A DNA stretch of 64,000 bases from assembly GCA_010909165.1 (NCBI GenBank), contig MU008181.1, positions 496,001-560,000 on the forward strand, in the 5' to 3' direction. The position numbers were made by a program, and so were the translations under genes. Under the pieces are notes generated by a model that was not told the origin of the DNA, did not search any database, and saw nothing but the letters and a program-made list of their open reading frames with translations. How positions within the stretch are numbered: the first letter of the stretch is position 1; every line of letters begins with the position of its first letter. This document shows, piece by piece, positions 12,073-24,025 of this stretch. The stretch is from Anthoceros angustus. Lineage: Eukaryota > Plantae > Anthocerotophyta.

Positions 12073-15000
12073 AGTTAGAAATAAGGCAAATCACGTGGTT
12101 CTGTATCACGTCGGTTAGTCTTCTAAACCTGGTTATAAGTGCAGTTAGTTAACTGATAGGCTAGTTAAAAGACACACCCCTTCATTAACCGCTATTTAGG
12201 GCCTACCGATATACCCACCCATTCAGTTGTAAATAGATCATCTTTGATTCTTCTGCTTCCGCATTAGCAATTCTAACTTGGTATCAGAGCCATGTAGATT
12301 CATGGCTTCCGTAGAAGCAAATTCCTTGATCAGACTGATAAGGAGATTGTTGCTGCCGTTAGAATGCTTAGCAAAGAATTGTTTCTAATAAAACTATTGT
12401 CTAATGGTTTTGATTAGATCAGCAAATCATCTCTATGCATCCTCCAGTTCAAAATATCTCGTTCTAAATCCCGAAAAAAAAAAATATTTGCACATTGCGA
12501 GGTCACCCATCCGGGTGACCTCACAATGTGTTGTTGTTTATCTCACCTTCTCCTACGCACATTCATACTGGCGTTCTTTATGCTGATATCAACCGCCAGG
12601 ATCTTAAAATGAGGAAAAACGGCCTCTCCCGCGTCTTCTCTTCTTCACCCCACGTGCTTTCCTCAGATTTTCGCAAGGGAACTATGGCGAGAACCAGGCG
12701 ATTTCACACCCGTCCTTCTCGCCACTCTGAGCCTAGAGCACCCAGGTCTTCTCGCCCAGGAGCTCGCACACGATCAAACATTTTTGGTCTAAGCTCCGCA
12801 CCAAGATGGGTGCAATTTGCTGCAGAAAAGAATTGGGATCTGATCTTCTCTGGCTATTCCTCCATGGAACTTTATGGGCTCAAGGGTCATAGGTGCCTCT
12901 GAGAGTTTCTCGTGACTGCATGTGTACACCCACATCTACCCCAAGAGCAAATTGCTTCATCCACGGGTTTTCTGAAGATGACCTGGTTCCTGGAGCATCT
13001 CGGCGCCTTCAACCAATCTCTGCTACAAATCCTGGAGTTCAGCTGCTCAATTTGCCCTCTGCTATCAGGAATCATCCTCTTGAGGATAAATTTGAGCAAA
13101 ATCTGCCAGAAATTGATGAAGATTTGAGAGGAATTGCATGATTGCAGGTGGAGGAGGAGTTTGCCCCCAATTCTGTAATTTCTGGTCCCAATTTCTCGCC
13201 GAGATTGGGTGTGTGGACAACGCTTGCGGTGGATCAGGAGGAGGTGCTCCTCCGATCGCTAGTTGCCCAACAGCCCTTGGCATGGAGTGCGCCTCGCGGC
13301 GTAGGCGGGGCACACGCTTTTCGCAGCGACCTAGGCATCTCTGGAAGGAACAACCATTTGACATTGAATTTAATCAAGCTAGATTGACCTATGTTGGTAC
13401 TTTAGATGCTCTCTTTGCCTTAAGTGTTGCTGCAGCAGAGGGAGATCCTTTAACCTTACAGGAGGCTTACTCCAGATCCGAGGCAGTTAAATGGAAGCTA
13501 TCCATCGATGATGAGTATAACTCATTGGTAAAAAACAATGCTTTGACTTTGGTTAGCTTGCCCAAGGGTAGAACCACCGTCAAGTGCAAATGGGTTCTTA
13601 ACACAAAGTTCCAGGAAGTAGAGCCTCGCATTCGCTACAAAGCGAGATTAGTGGCTAAGGGGTATAGTCAGAAAGAGGGAGTTGATTATCAAGGCGATAA
13701 GGTCTACTCACCCGTCGTCAAAGCTACATCGGTTAGAATGCTTCTAGGTTTATGTGCTGAACTCAACTTAGAGATCTATCAGCTAGATGTGTGTACGGCA
13801 TTTCTTTATGGTCATCTTCAAGAGGAGATCTATATGGATCAGCCTGAGGACTACGAAGGTAAGATGTACCCGCATAAGGTGTGTAAACTTAATCGCTCCA
13901 TCTATGGACTCAAGCAAAGCCCACGTTTGTGGTACGAGAGAATAGACTCTTATCTCAAGAAAATAGGTTTTATCCAAAGTGAAGCAGATTCTAACATCTA
14001 TGTACTACGCAAGGACAGTTCACTTGTGCTAGTTGCTCTTTACATGGATGACTTATTCATTCCAAGCAATAACGCAAAACTAGTCAACAAGATCAAGGCT
14101 GACCTCAGCAGGGAGTTCGAGATGAAGGACCTGGGAAAGGTTAATGAAGTATATCCTTGGCATGCATGTACACAGAGATAGTACAGGTGCTATTTATCTC
14201 CATCAGGGTAGATACGTAGCCGGTATGCTCAAACGCTTCAACATGGAGAATGCTAGGGTGTCAACCACTCCAGGTGCTTTTGGCGTCAAGCTCTCATCTG
14301 CTTCATGTCCACAATCTCAAGAGGACAAGAAGGAGATGGAGAATATTCCTTACCACATGGCAGTAGGTACTCTCATGTTCTTGAGTAATCAGACGAGACC
14401 CGATATCTCTAACACAGTGAACGATGTTGCTCAATTCTCCGAGAATCTAGGAAAGGATCACTGGATAGCTCTCAAGCGTATACTGAGGTACCTTAAGGGT
14501 ACACCCAATTATGGCCTATGCTATAAACCCGGTGAGCGGCGTGCATCTTACTTGTTCGTAGGCGAGCGGGCTCCCACGATGCAAAAGTATATCAGCTTAT
14601 TGCTTTCTTGCCAGCTCCTCTGTAGGTAATTGGTCTTGTAGAAAACAAGCAGCCATCTCTTTATCTTCAACTAAGTCAGAATAGAAGGCACTCACTGAAG
14701 CCACTAAGGAGGCTTAATGGAAAAGAAAGCTCTGTGAAGATTTGGGTATGAAGCAAGCAGGGCCAACTATCTTGCATTGTGACAACATGTCAACAATTGC
14801 TTTGGTTGCTAACCCCGTCTATCATTATATTAGGGACGCTGCTGAGAGAGGTATCGTCAAGGTTCAGTATGTACCCACTGACGATAACACAGCAGATGTG
14901 CTGACCAAATCCTTGCCCAAGTTCAAACACTGCTTCCACAGGGAAGGGCTTGGATTGGTGGATTGTAGTAGTTACATGACACTAGACAAATCACTCATTT

Positions 15001-15463
15001 GATAGGGCCTCCATGACATATGTTCCGTCACTTTGGTCGATGTTTCGAAGCAAATAGCATGCTTCTCTTCTGGTCACAAGAGTGGTGTTCTTCTCTATGA
15101 GACACTGTAGACTACAGGCTCAGCAAGAGGAAGGACGACTGACTCTAGGTGATAGCCGATTTCAAGATGTTTGAAACTTAGCGCCAACGGCGGTGATCTT
15201 CGTTTGTACTTAGGAGCTCTTAGTTCACAGCAATCAGCACGTGTCTGAGAGGGAGAGTTAGAAAATAAGGTAGACCACGTGGTTCTGTATCACGTTGGTT
15301 AGTCTAACTAGACCTAGTTATAAGTGCAGTTAGTTAATTGACAGGCTCGTTAAAGGACACACCCCTTCGTTAACCGCTATTTAAGGCCTACCGATGTACC
15401 CACCCATTCAGTTGTTAATAGATCATCTTTGATGCTTCTGCTTCTGCATTAGCAATTCTAACT
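12073..15463 (+). mobile_element. Ty1/copia LTR retrotransposon, internally deleted and non-autonomous
   Basis: LTRs 12073-12278 and 15256-15463 (~90% alike by eye). PBS TGGTATCAGAGC (tRNA-iMet) 12279-12290; PPT GAGAGGGAG 15247-15255; TSD ACTTT/ATTTT. Most of gag, PR and the IN core are missing. Confidence 0.93.
12830..15002 (+). pseudogene. Copia pol remnant (IN C-terminus, RT, RNase H)
   Basis: IFSGYS..KGHRC; KCKWV, YKARLVAKGYSQKEGVDY, QLDVCTAFLYG, SIYGLKQSPRLWY, LYMDDL, TRPDI, LHCDNMS, ADVLTKSL. Frameshift at ~14145 and stops. Confidence 0.92.
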
Positions 15464-16409
15464 ATTTTTCCTTTCTTTTCACCATTAAGCCTATTGAGCA
15501 TCATTACCCTGCCCAAAGAACTCCAGCACAATCAACAAGTTCACCATGATCATCTATCAAAACAACTTGAATCCAAAACTTCCAAATAAAAAAATTAGTG
15601 TTGTTAGCCCCAGAATGACAATGGATCTCGATTCGAGACTTTGTCCCTCCTTTTGCTTTTTCCTGGACAAAAAAGGTCATGACAAATGTTGATGCTAAGG
15701 TCTCCTTTGTGGAGAATTTTGCTCTCTACATAACAAAAACAATACGGGTTCAAAACGGGAAAGGATCTTAAGAAACGGAAGCCATTACTACGTGGATAAT
15801 GATCCGATGGTCCAAAGTTTTAGTGCGCCGGAAAGGCTTTTTCTTGAACTATGTGGTTTATTGTTTAGAGAAAAATAAATCAACAAATATCTTAAGGCAG
15901 TCTAAGAAAAGTCCTTTTCCTAGACACTAAAAACCTAGACCAGCAGATGAGTTCCAAGGTAGTAATGGCTCTCGTTTCTTGAGGAGTTTCTGAGTTTTTT
16001 TAAAGACTGTTTTGTATTCTGACTAGATATATTGGTTAAAAATTTTCCATTACTTTTTACGATATGGAGAGCAGAGAAGAGGCACTCTTCACATGAACTA
16101 GTGTCATACAAAAATTTTTCACAGTGCTAAAGAATTTGGTTCAAAAGACTCAAGTTGAGTAGGCAGGACGTTCTAGGGTCAAGGTTAGTAACATAAGAAA
16201 GAAAAATATTGTACAACAACAGGAATAAACTAAAATCACAAACTAACAAACCAGAATAAGCACAGAGCATTAGGATGGAACTTTGAGCTCAGACCCAAAC
16301 TAGTACCTCCAACCAAAAACCCACACATAGACAAAAACTCACATGTTCCACAAAAGTCTAAAGAACCCCTCCAAAAACTAAACCCTGGAAAAATACATTT
16401 GTAAGATTC

Positions 16410-16577
16410 GGCCCGCCGCTTCCCAATATGCTCACCATGCCAATCATGCTAGATGCCTCATGTGGATGCTTCCACAAGCGATGGGTTTGATAAGGCCCGC
16501 CGCTTCCCAATATGCTCACCATGCCAATCATGCTAGATGCCTCATGTGGATGCTTCCACAAGCGATGGGTTTGATAA
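16410..16577. repeat. Perfect 84-bp tandem duplication
   Basis: Two copies starting GGCCCGCCGCTTCC at 16410 and 16494. Confidence 0.9.
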
Positions 16578-16590
16578 TTTGATAAGAGGT

Positions 16591-16927
16591 CCGAGGGGTG
16601 ATTCGGCGTTAATTAATTAAAATCTATAAAAGTTAAAAATTTAGAAATGATTATACTTAAAATATTGAATATATAAAAATTTATGAGTTTAAGATGCCGG
16701 AAACAAGGAAACTAGGGTTTGTGTGGAAAATTAGGGTCTGTTTAGGGGAGGTCTATACATATCTATTAGTTATATATATATACTTATATATTTTAATAAA
16801 TGTTGAAATTTAATAAAAGTTATTTTTTGTAAATTTTAAAATTTTGAAAAATATAAATATCTTTGTTTAATCTTATTTTTTTCAAAAAATAATTATTTCA
16901 GCATTATCCTGTTGAATCACGCCTCGG
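16591..16927. mobile_element. Putative AT-rich MITE
   Basis: CCGAGGGGTGATTC ... GAATCACGCCTCGG (14-bp TIR, 1 mismatch) around a very AT-rich core; no clear TSD. Confidence 0.4.
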
Positions 16928-16933
16928 GGGTAC

Positions 16934-17122
16934 GGTACTGAAGAACAGTGGTAGAATTACAGCAAGCTAGGGCACTAGTTAGGGCACGAATAAAGTTTAA
17001 GGTACTGAAGAACAGTGGTAGAATTACAGCAAGCTAGGGCACTAGTTAGGGCACGAATAAAGTTTAAGCTACCAGCAGGGTCTCGTACATACAAGCCAAG
17101 GGTCTCGTACATACAAGCCAAG
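16934..17122. repeat. 67-bp and 23-bp tandem duplications downstream of SABATH-1
   Basis: GGTACTGAAGAACAG... at 16934 and 17001; AGGGTCTCGTACATACAAGCCA twice near 17077-17122. Confidence 0.85.
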
Positions 17123-17223
17123 CTCGTCGCTTAATCCCTAACTGTTTTCACTTGATGTTCTTAAACAGGCCAAACGATTGAAGAAATTTCTCACTCCACA
17201 GCGAGCCAGTTGTCAAAAGGTAG

Positions 17224-18396
17224 CTACTTCCTGGTCAGAAGAGCAACGGCATAATTTATGGTGAAGTAATCGTCTACATTCTTACCACCAGGTTGAAGAT
17301 GAAGGCTGTGAACATGGCGCTTGTACTGCTCGAACACCAGGTTGCATAATTCCCCACCGAAGTGCTCCTGAATGGATGTGTGGAAGATGCTCTTCCAGAA
17401 CAAAGCACTGTCCCTGGCGAATTTGCGGAGATCCGCTCGGTATTCCTCACATTTGTGTGCAGGATAGAAGGAGACGTCACCGCAGGATTGGAGGACGTGG
17501 ATGTCGAAAAGGCCTACCTCCTCCACAGCCCGCCTCACCTGTGCGATACTCGGGAAGTAGAGGGGAATGTTGAACGTCTCCATGAGATCCCGCGGAATAA
17601 CACCCTGGACAGCTAGCTCGTGGAAGGCGTCCCAGAGCAAGTCAAAAAGTGGTGCTCGGTGAGGCTGCTCGTCTGGTTTGGCGAGCATGGCCAGCGCAAG
17701 GAACCCTCCAGGTACCAGCTCAGTGGCTCGGTGGGTGAGGAAGGCCGTGAGATCCCTGGAACTCTGGCTAGCGAAGGCCCGGTGCACGGCGGGATTGGCG
17801 CCCCGGACGTGAACCCTGTCAAAGTTGAATGCAGGAGAGTGCTTGTCCAGGACCTCGGGAGGTATCTGGGAGAAAAACTGCAGCGCTGTGAAGCAGGTGA
17901 AGGCGTGGATGCTGGCGGCAGGAAACAGCGGGTCGAAGAAGGATCCAGGCACACCGGCCGCGAAGTAGCGCCTGGATCCGGGTCCGGATCCGGATCCGTT
18001 CGGCGGCAGCCCCCGGAAGAGAGTGTTGAAATCGTTGGAGGGCAGGTCGGTGAAGAAAACCTGAACGTCCTTGGGGAAGGGCTGCAGCTGCAGCTGGCCA
18101 GACTTGGACTCCCACAGGGCTGCCAGACTTTCCAGGAGCTTGTCCACAGCTCTGATGGTGTTGTTGCCCGTGGCGCATCCTAGGTCTGCTATGCGCAGGG
18201 CGTTCCCGGCATTGCCCATCTCTGGGATGCGGGAGGCAGATCGAATCCCGTGCCACAGCGGCGCTTCCACAACCCGAACGACGTGCGACTGCACAGAGGA
18301 GTTCTTCACGTAGCTGTCCTCTCCTTCGCCTGGCCCCATTTGAACGACGATGTGCTGCCCGCTGCCATCGCCCTGAAGCGACGTGACAGCTGCCAT
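17224..18396 (-). CDS. SABATH family SAM-dependent carboxyl/N-methyltransferase 1 (intronless, 390 aa)
   Basis: MGPGEGEDSYVKNS..Q, IADLGCATGNNT, VFFTDLPSNDFNTLF, FAAGVPGSF..PLFP, ELVPGG, FNIPLYFPS. Confidence 0.95.
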   Translation of the reverse strand: MAAVTSLQGDGSGQHIVVQMGPGEGEDSYVKNSSVQSHVVRVVEAPLWHGIRSASRIPEMGNAGNALRIADLGCATGNNTIRAVDKLLESLAALWESKSGQLQLQPFPKDVQVFFTDLPSNDFNTLFRGLPPNGSGSGPGSRRYFAAGVPGSFFDPLFPAASIHAFTCFTALQFFSQIPPEVLDKHSPAFNFDRVHVRGANPAVHRAFASQSSRDLTAFLTHRATELVPGGFLALAMLAKPDEQPHRAPLFDLLWDAFHELAVQGVIPRDLMETFNIPLYFPSIAQVRRAVEEVGLFDIHVLQSCGDVSFYPAHKCEEYRADLRKFARDSALFWKSIFHTSIQEHFGGELCNLVFEQYKRHVHSLHLQPGGKNVDDYFTINYAVALLTRK

Positions 18397-19281
18397 AGCA
18401 GATGTGGGGCTCTCGCCGATCGCAGCAGCACTCTTGGGAAATTGAGCACAGGACGCACCGTCGACTCTATTTCATCTTCCAAGCTTGTGCCCACTACACA
18501 CCACAATGCTTGCACGTCTCCAGGTGGAATAGGAATGGTTTGTCGTGGCGTGGAAGGGCCTTCAGGCTTCCTATATCATTGCCGAGTGTGATCTGGGCCA
18601 CCACCAAAAAAAACATTGATGTTGCCCAGTGTGACAAGGAACGGCCGGCTGAGGGGGCCGGCGGCTGGCCCCTCAGCTGCATCGGCAAGAGGAGCATCAG
18701 GCATCAGGGCTCAGGGCTCAGCACTCTCCCTCCTTCTCTAACCACGCTGATTTTGTTATCCTGTGTGTGTCTCCTCCATCACTCTGTCTCCCATTGCAGG
18801 CCTGGCACAAAGCCTCGCCCCAAGGACTCACTCTCCTCCACTTTTTGGCTTTCACTCAGTCACACATTTCACAACACAAGGCTTTATAAGGCTCTCAATT
18901 TCCTACCTCTGGCTCAATGCCCTATCACATAGCTGATTTGCTATGCTTCAAAGTCACAGCATCACAAATCTTACAGCATCAGGCGCGGCCTTTCAGTTTT
19001 TGTCGCCTTCGCTGCCAAAGCTCTGCACAGCGCATTCCGAAAGCTATTAAAATCCAAGCATCTTCCGGGCATTTTGCGCGAGCAGGCCATCCTTTCCCGC
19101 TGTGCTCATTACGGCCGCACACTCCGATGCCGGTCAGCTGTGCACACTGTCTGCTGCCACAACCGAGCTTGAGAGGAATTTTGGCGCGTTGGCGTCGTCT
19201 GTGGTGCGGTGCTCAACATCCCAAGGGTTCTGCTACTGCTGGTATTGGCGAAAGCTCCCTTCCCTGCAACCCGTATTCGCT

Positions 19282-20448
19282 ATGGCAGCACTTGCACATG
19301 TCCCCTCGCTTCAAGGCGATGGCAGCGTGGAGCAAATCGTCCAAATGGGACCAGGCGAAGGCGAGGACAGCTATGTGAAGAATTCCTCCGTGCAGTCTCA
19401 TTTCCTTCAGGTGGTGGAAGCGCCGCTCTGGCACGGGATTCGATCTGCCTCCCGCATTCCAGAGATGGGCAATGCCGGGAACACCCTGCGCGTAGCAGAC
19501 CTAGGATGCGCCACGGGCAACAACACCATCAGAGCTGTGGACAAGCTCCTGGACAGTCTGGCAACCCTGTGGGAGTCCAAGCCTGGCCAGCTGCAGGTGC
19601 AGCCCTTCCCCAAGGACGTTCAGGTTTTCTTCACCGACTTGCCCTCCAACGATTTCAACACTCTCTTCAGGAGCCTGTCGCCCTACGGATCTGGATGCAG
19701 GCGCTACTTCGCAGCCGGTGTGCCTGGATCCTTCTACGGCCCGCTGTTCCCTGCCGCGAGCATCCACGCCTTCACCTGCTTCACGGCGCTGCATTGGATC
19801 TCCCGAATACCGCCCGAGGTCCTGGACAAGAATTCCCCTGCATTCAACTTTGACAGGGTGCACATCCATGGCGCCAATCCTGCCGTGAAACGGGCCTTCA
19901 CTAACCAGAGTTCCAGGGATCTCACGGCCTTCTTCACCAACCGATCTATTGAGCTTGTGCCTGGAGGGTTCCTTGCGCTGGCCATGCTCGCCAACGCAGA
20001 CGAGCAGCGCTCGTACGGGTCAGAAATTTTCCGCTTGCTCGCGGACACCTTCCACAACCTAACTGTCCAGGGCGTTATTCCGCGGGGTGTCATGGAGACG
20101 TTTAACATTCCTATTCTCGTCCCGAGTATCGCACAGGTGAGGCAGGCTGTGGAGGAGGTAGGCCTCTTCGATATCCACATCCTCCAATCCTGCGGTGAAG
20201 TCTCCTACTATCCTGCACACAAGTGTGCGGAATACCGAGCTGATCTCCGCAAATTTGCTAGAGACAGTGCTTTGTTCTGGAAGAGCATCCTCCACACATC
20301 CATAGAGGAGCACTTCGGTGTGGCGTTGAGCAATGTGGTGTTCGAGCAGTTCGAGCACGAGATTCAGACCCTTCATCGTCAACCTGGTAGCGATATAGAC
20401 GATTACTTCCTCGGAAGTTATGCTGTTGCCCTTCTCACCAGGAAGTAG
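19282..20448 (+). CDS. SABATH methyltransferase 2 (intronless, 388 aa), divergent from copy 1
   Basis: ATG 19282; same motif set, with ALHWISRIP. Confidence 0.95.
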   Translation: MAALAHVPSLQGDGSVEQIVQMGPGEGEDSYVKNSSVQSHFLQVVEAPLWHGIRSASRIPEMGNAGNTLRVADLGCATGNNTIRAVDKLLDSLATLWESKPGQLQVQPFPKDVQVFFTDLPSNDFNTLFRSLSPYGSGCRRYFAAGVPGSFYGPLFPAASIHAFTCFTALHWISRIPPEVLDKNSPAFNFDRVHIHGANPAVKRAFTNQSSRDLTAFFTNRSIELVPGGFLALAMLANADEQRSYGSEIFRLLADTFHNLTVQGVIPRGVMETFNIPILVPSIAQVRQAVEEVGLFDIHILQSCGEVSYYPAHKCAEYRADLRKFARDSALFWKSILHTSIEEHFGVALSNVVFEQFEHEIQTLHRQPGSDIDDYFLGSYAVALLTRK

Positions 20449-20957
20449 ACTAAAACTTCGTTTCCTTGCAACTGGCTCGACCTGAAGTGAAACTGCTTCA
20501 TATGTTGGCCAATCATTTAGTGCTCCAACCTAAACCCCTGCCATGTATGAGGACAGGCGGAACTCCGGCGGGAGTTCGTACCTCTGGCTCAATGCCCTAT
20601 CACATAGCTGATTTGCTATGCTTCAAAGTCACAACATCACAAATCTTACAGCATCAGGCGCGGCCTTTCAGTTTTGTCGCCTTCGCTGCCAAAGCTCTGC
20701 ACAGCGCATTCCGAAAGCTATTAAAATCCAAGCATCTTCCGGGCATTTTGCGGGCGAGCAGGCCATCCTTTCCCGCTGTGCTCATTACGGCCGCACACTC
20801 CGATGCCGGTCAGCTGTGCACACTGTCTGCTGCCACAACCGAGCTTGAGAGGAATTTTGGCGCGTTGGCGTCGTCTGTGGTGCGGTGCTCAACATCCCAA
20901 GGGTTCTGCTACTGCTGGTATTGGCGAAAGCTCCCTTCCCTGCAACCCGTATTCGCT

Positions 20958-22120
20958 ATGGCAGCACTTGCACATGTCCCCTCGCTTCAAGGCGATGGCA
21001 GCGTGGAGCAAATCGTCCAAATGGGACCAGGCGAAGGCGAGGACAGCTATGTGAAGAATTCCTCCGTGCAGTCTCATTTCCTTCAGGTGGTGGAAGCGCC
21101 GCTCTGGCACGGGATTCGATCTGCCTCCCGCATTCCAGAGATGGCAATGCCGGGAACACCTGCGCGTAGCAGACCTAGGATGCGCCACGGGCAACAACAC
21201 CATCAGAGCTGTGGACAAGCTCCTGGACAGTCTAGCAACCCTGTGGGAGTCAAGCCTGGCCAGCTGCAGGTCAGCCCTTCCCCAAGGACGTTCAGGTTTT
21301 CTTCACCGACTTGCCTCCAACGATTTCAACACTCTCTTCAGGAGCCTGTCGCCCTACGGATCTGGATGCAGGCGCTACTTCGCAGCCGGTGTGCCTGGAT
21401 CCTTCTACGGCCGCTGTTCCCTGCCGCGAGCATCCACGCCTTCACCTGCTTCACGGCGCTGCATTGGATCTCCCGAATACCGCCCGAGGTCCTGGACAAG
21501 AATTCCCCTGCATTCAACTTTGACAGGGTGCACATCCATGGCGCCAATCCTGCCGTGAAACGGGCCTTCACTAACCAGAGTTCCAGGGATCTCACGGCCT
21601 TCTTCACCAACCGATCTATTGAGCTTGTGCCTGGAGGGTTCCTTGCGCTGGCCATGCTCGCCAACGCAGACGAGCAGCGCTCGTACGGGTCAGAAAATTT
21701 TCCGCTTGCTCGCGGACACCTTCCACAACCTAACTGTCCAGGGCGTTATTCCGCGGGGTGTCATGGAGACGTTTAACATTCCTATTCTCGTCCCGAAGTA
21801 TCGCACAGGTGAGGCAGGCTGTGGAGGGAGGTGGCCTCTTCGATATCCACATCCTCCAATCCTGCGGTGAAGTCTCCTACTATCCTGCACACAAGTGTGC
21901 GGAATACCGAGCTGATCTCCGCAAATTTGCTAGAGACAGTGCTTTGTTCTGGAAGAGCATCCTCCACACATCCATAGAGGAGCACTTCGGTGTGGCGTTG
22001 AGCAATGTGGTGTTCGAGCAGTTCGAGCACGAGATTCAGACCCTTCATCGTCAACCTGGTAGCGATATAGACGATTACTTCCTCGGAAGTTATGCTGTTG
22101 CCCTTCTCACCAGGAAGTAG
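20958..22120 (+). pseudogene. SABATH methyltransferase 3, frameshifted tandem copy of copy 2
   Basis: Near-identical to 19282-20448 but with multiple 1-bp indels, mostly in homopolymers. Confidence 0.85.
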
Positions 22121-23369
22121 ACTAAAACTTCGTTTCCTTGCAACTGGCTCGACCTGAAGTGAAACTGCTTCATATGTTGGCCAATCATTTAGTGCTCCAA
22201 CCTAAACCCCTGCCATGCTTATGAGGACAGGCGGAACTCCGGCGGGAGTTCGTACCTCTGTGTAGAATTTGATTATTCAAAGCAAATGGTTGCAGTTCAC
22301 GGCCTGGTGTGTAAGCTCTTGACGAGAAGGCGGACTCCTTTCTGTGTTCTAACCGTCCCAAGTTTAAATGATGTAGCAGGAAATGCGTGGGATGGCAGCA
22401 TAGCCAACAGTTGTGAGCACTGCTAGTGAGAGGGTCACAGTTGCTATTACCAGCTCTGATCCCACAGGAGCAGATTTTTCTGTTGTGGACAAGGAGTTAG
22501 AAAGACAACATCAGACAACTCCCTTAAGTTTCGTATCCCTATTTCCCTCAGATTGAGCAAATCATTTTGCGGAATTCAGCTGGGTTGTCCTGTTACATGG
22601 GGTGAGCGTTGTTGGTGGGTGGACAGGGATAATGGAAATGAGTCCATGGAGGACGATGTGGAAGTGCTGGAGTGTGCACCTGATGCTGATGCCCAGGCAG
22701 GTGTATCCATGACTCCTGCTCTTGAGGAAACTATGGAGCAGGAGCAAGCAACATGGAAAGGGCCATATTTTATGATGCCGCCACAGTGTATGAAAACGCT
22801 TCCGGAAACGAGCAGCATGCTGCTTTGCAGCAGATATTTATTATCTCTACGAGCTGGAACATCATCAGCCGTTATTCCGACGGCGGCGAGAGTTGGGGCA
22901 GGTTATGTTGGCTGGATAGGTATCACCAGTATGACAGCCACAAGTTTGCTCAGACACACGATTTGGCAAATTTTCTTCGTGCAAACTGTATACTTCCCGT
23001 GTGCTGTGCATAGGCAGCAACAGCCACCTTGTTGTCAGTCATTTCGTTCTCACAGCACTCAGCACCTTTGCTAAGTTTTGTATCAGTGTTGTTCAGGTCC
23101 CTCAAATCCTAGGCAGCATGTTGCAAGAACTCTGTTGGCCAGCAGGCAGCATGTTGCAAGTGGCCTTGACGGCAATCCAGTAGGCTGTACTTAAAGGGAA
23201 TATTCCTACAGGTCAACAAGAGCCCCCAGCACGCTTGCAGGCGCTTCAAAACGACTCATGCACAATTAACCCTGTGTCCACCTTGGGATGGTAGACAGAA
23301 AATTGGCCATGAAAGCGAAGTTAAGACTAGGAAATCTTGCAACCTAGTTGAGATGTACCCTACCTGACC

Positions 23370-23725
23370 AAGCAGCAGAAAAGGACCAAGATTAGTTTCT
23401 AAAGAACTATCACATGCTGCAGTGAAGCACAGCAAGGCCTAAGCAGCAACTTATAACAAAGAACCTAGATGATTTTCTAGAGAACTGCCACATGCTGCAA
23501 TGAGGAGACTCCAGGACATGAGCAGCAACCTCATAACAAAAACCCAAGATTTCTTTTCTAAGGAACTATTACATGTTGCAAAGAAGAGCCTGCAAAGCAT
23601 GAACAACAACTTATAACAAAGAACCAAGATTATTCCTTAGGGAACCATAACATGTTGCAATGAAGAGACTTTGAAACCTAAAGCAACTCAGTTCAAAGAA
23701 CCAAAATTGCTTTCGAAGGAAGTAA
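23370..23725. repeat. ~80-bp degenerate tandem repeat, ~4.5 copies (repeated at ~60165-60520)
   Basis: Recurring AGCAGCAACTTATAACAAAGAACC...CACATG[CT]TGCAATGA. Confidence 0.8.
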
Positions 23726-24025
23726 CAGCGAAGAGCAGACTGTAGAGCATGCATGACCTGTCGCCTATCCATCGCTAACAAGTAATGAATGGCAAGGACT
23801 GATGGGACCCATTTTTGCCGTCCCCATAGGCCTATAACCGGATACCAGCCCAGCTCCCGGTGACGCGTTTAGGCCGCTGGGACTTGGAATGTTTTCCAAC
23901 CTTTCGACACCTTCCTTGCAAGGATGGCACATGTTGCCTGGAGCACTAAATGGCACTCCAGCATATGTACGAAGCAGGCTCACTTCCGAGGCAGCCATTT
24001 TTGCAGGGAAACAAAGGCTGGTCCA

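Larger units (their letters stand above)
18904..22260 (+). repeat. ~1.67-kb tandem duplication (promoter + SABATH + 3' flank)
   Basis: Units start at 18904 and 20579. TACCTCTG microhomology at 18904, 20579 and 22253. Confidence 0.9.

Noticed and set aside
17362-18591. Antisense and alternative-frame ORFs over the SABATH genes
   Set aside because: Shadow ORFs of GC-rich coding sequence.
19102-19281. N-terminal extension of SABATH-2 in the ORF track (448 aa)
   Set aside because: Non-ATG start; paralogs begin at the MAA/MAT methionine (19282).
22553-23183. Overlapping ORFs downstream of SABATH-3
   Set aside because: No recognisable motif, and the frames are not conserved in the duplicate at ~59.4 kb.
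23370-23725. Repeat-protein coding potential of the 80-bp array
   Set aside because: The period is not a multiple of 3 and there are stops in the frames read.
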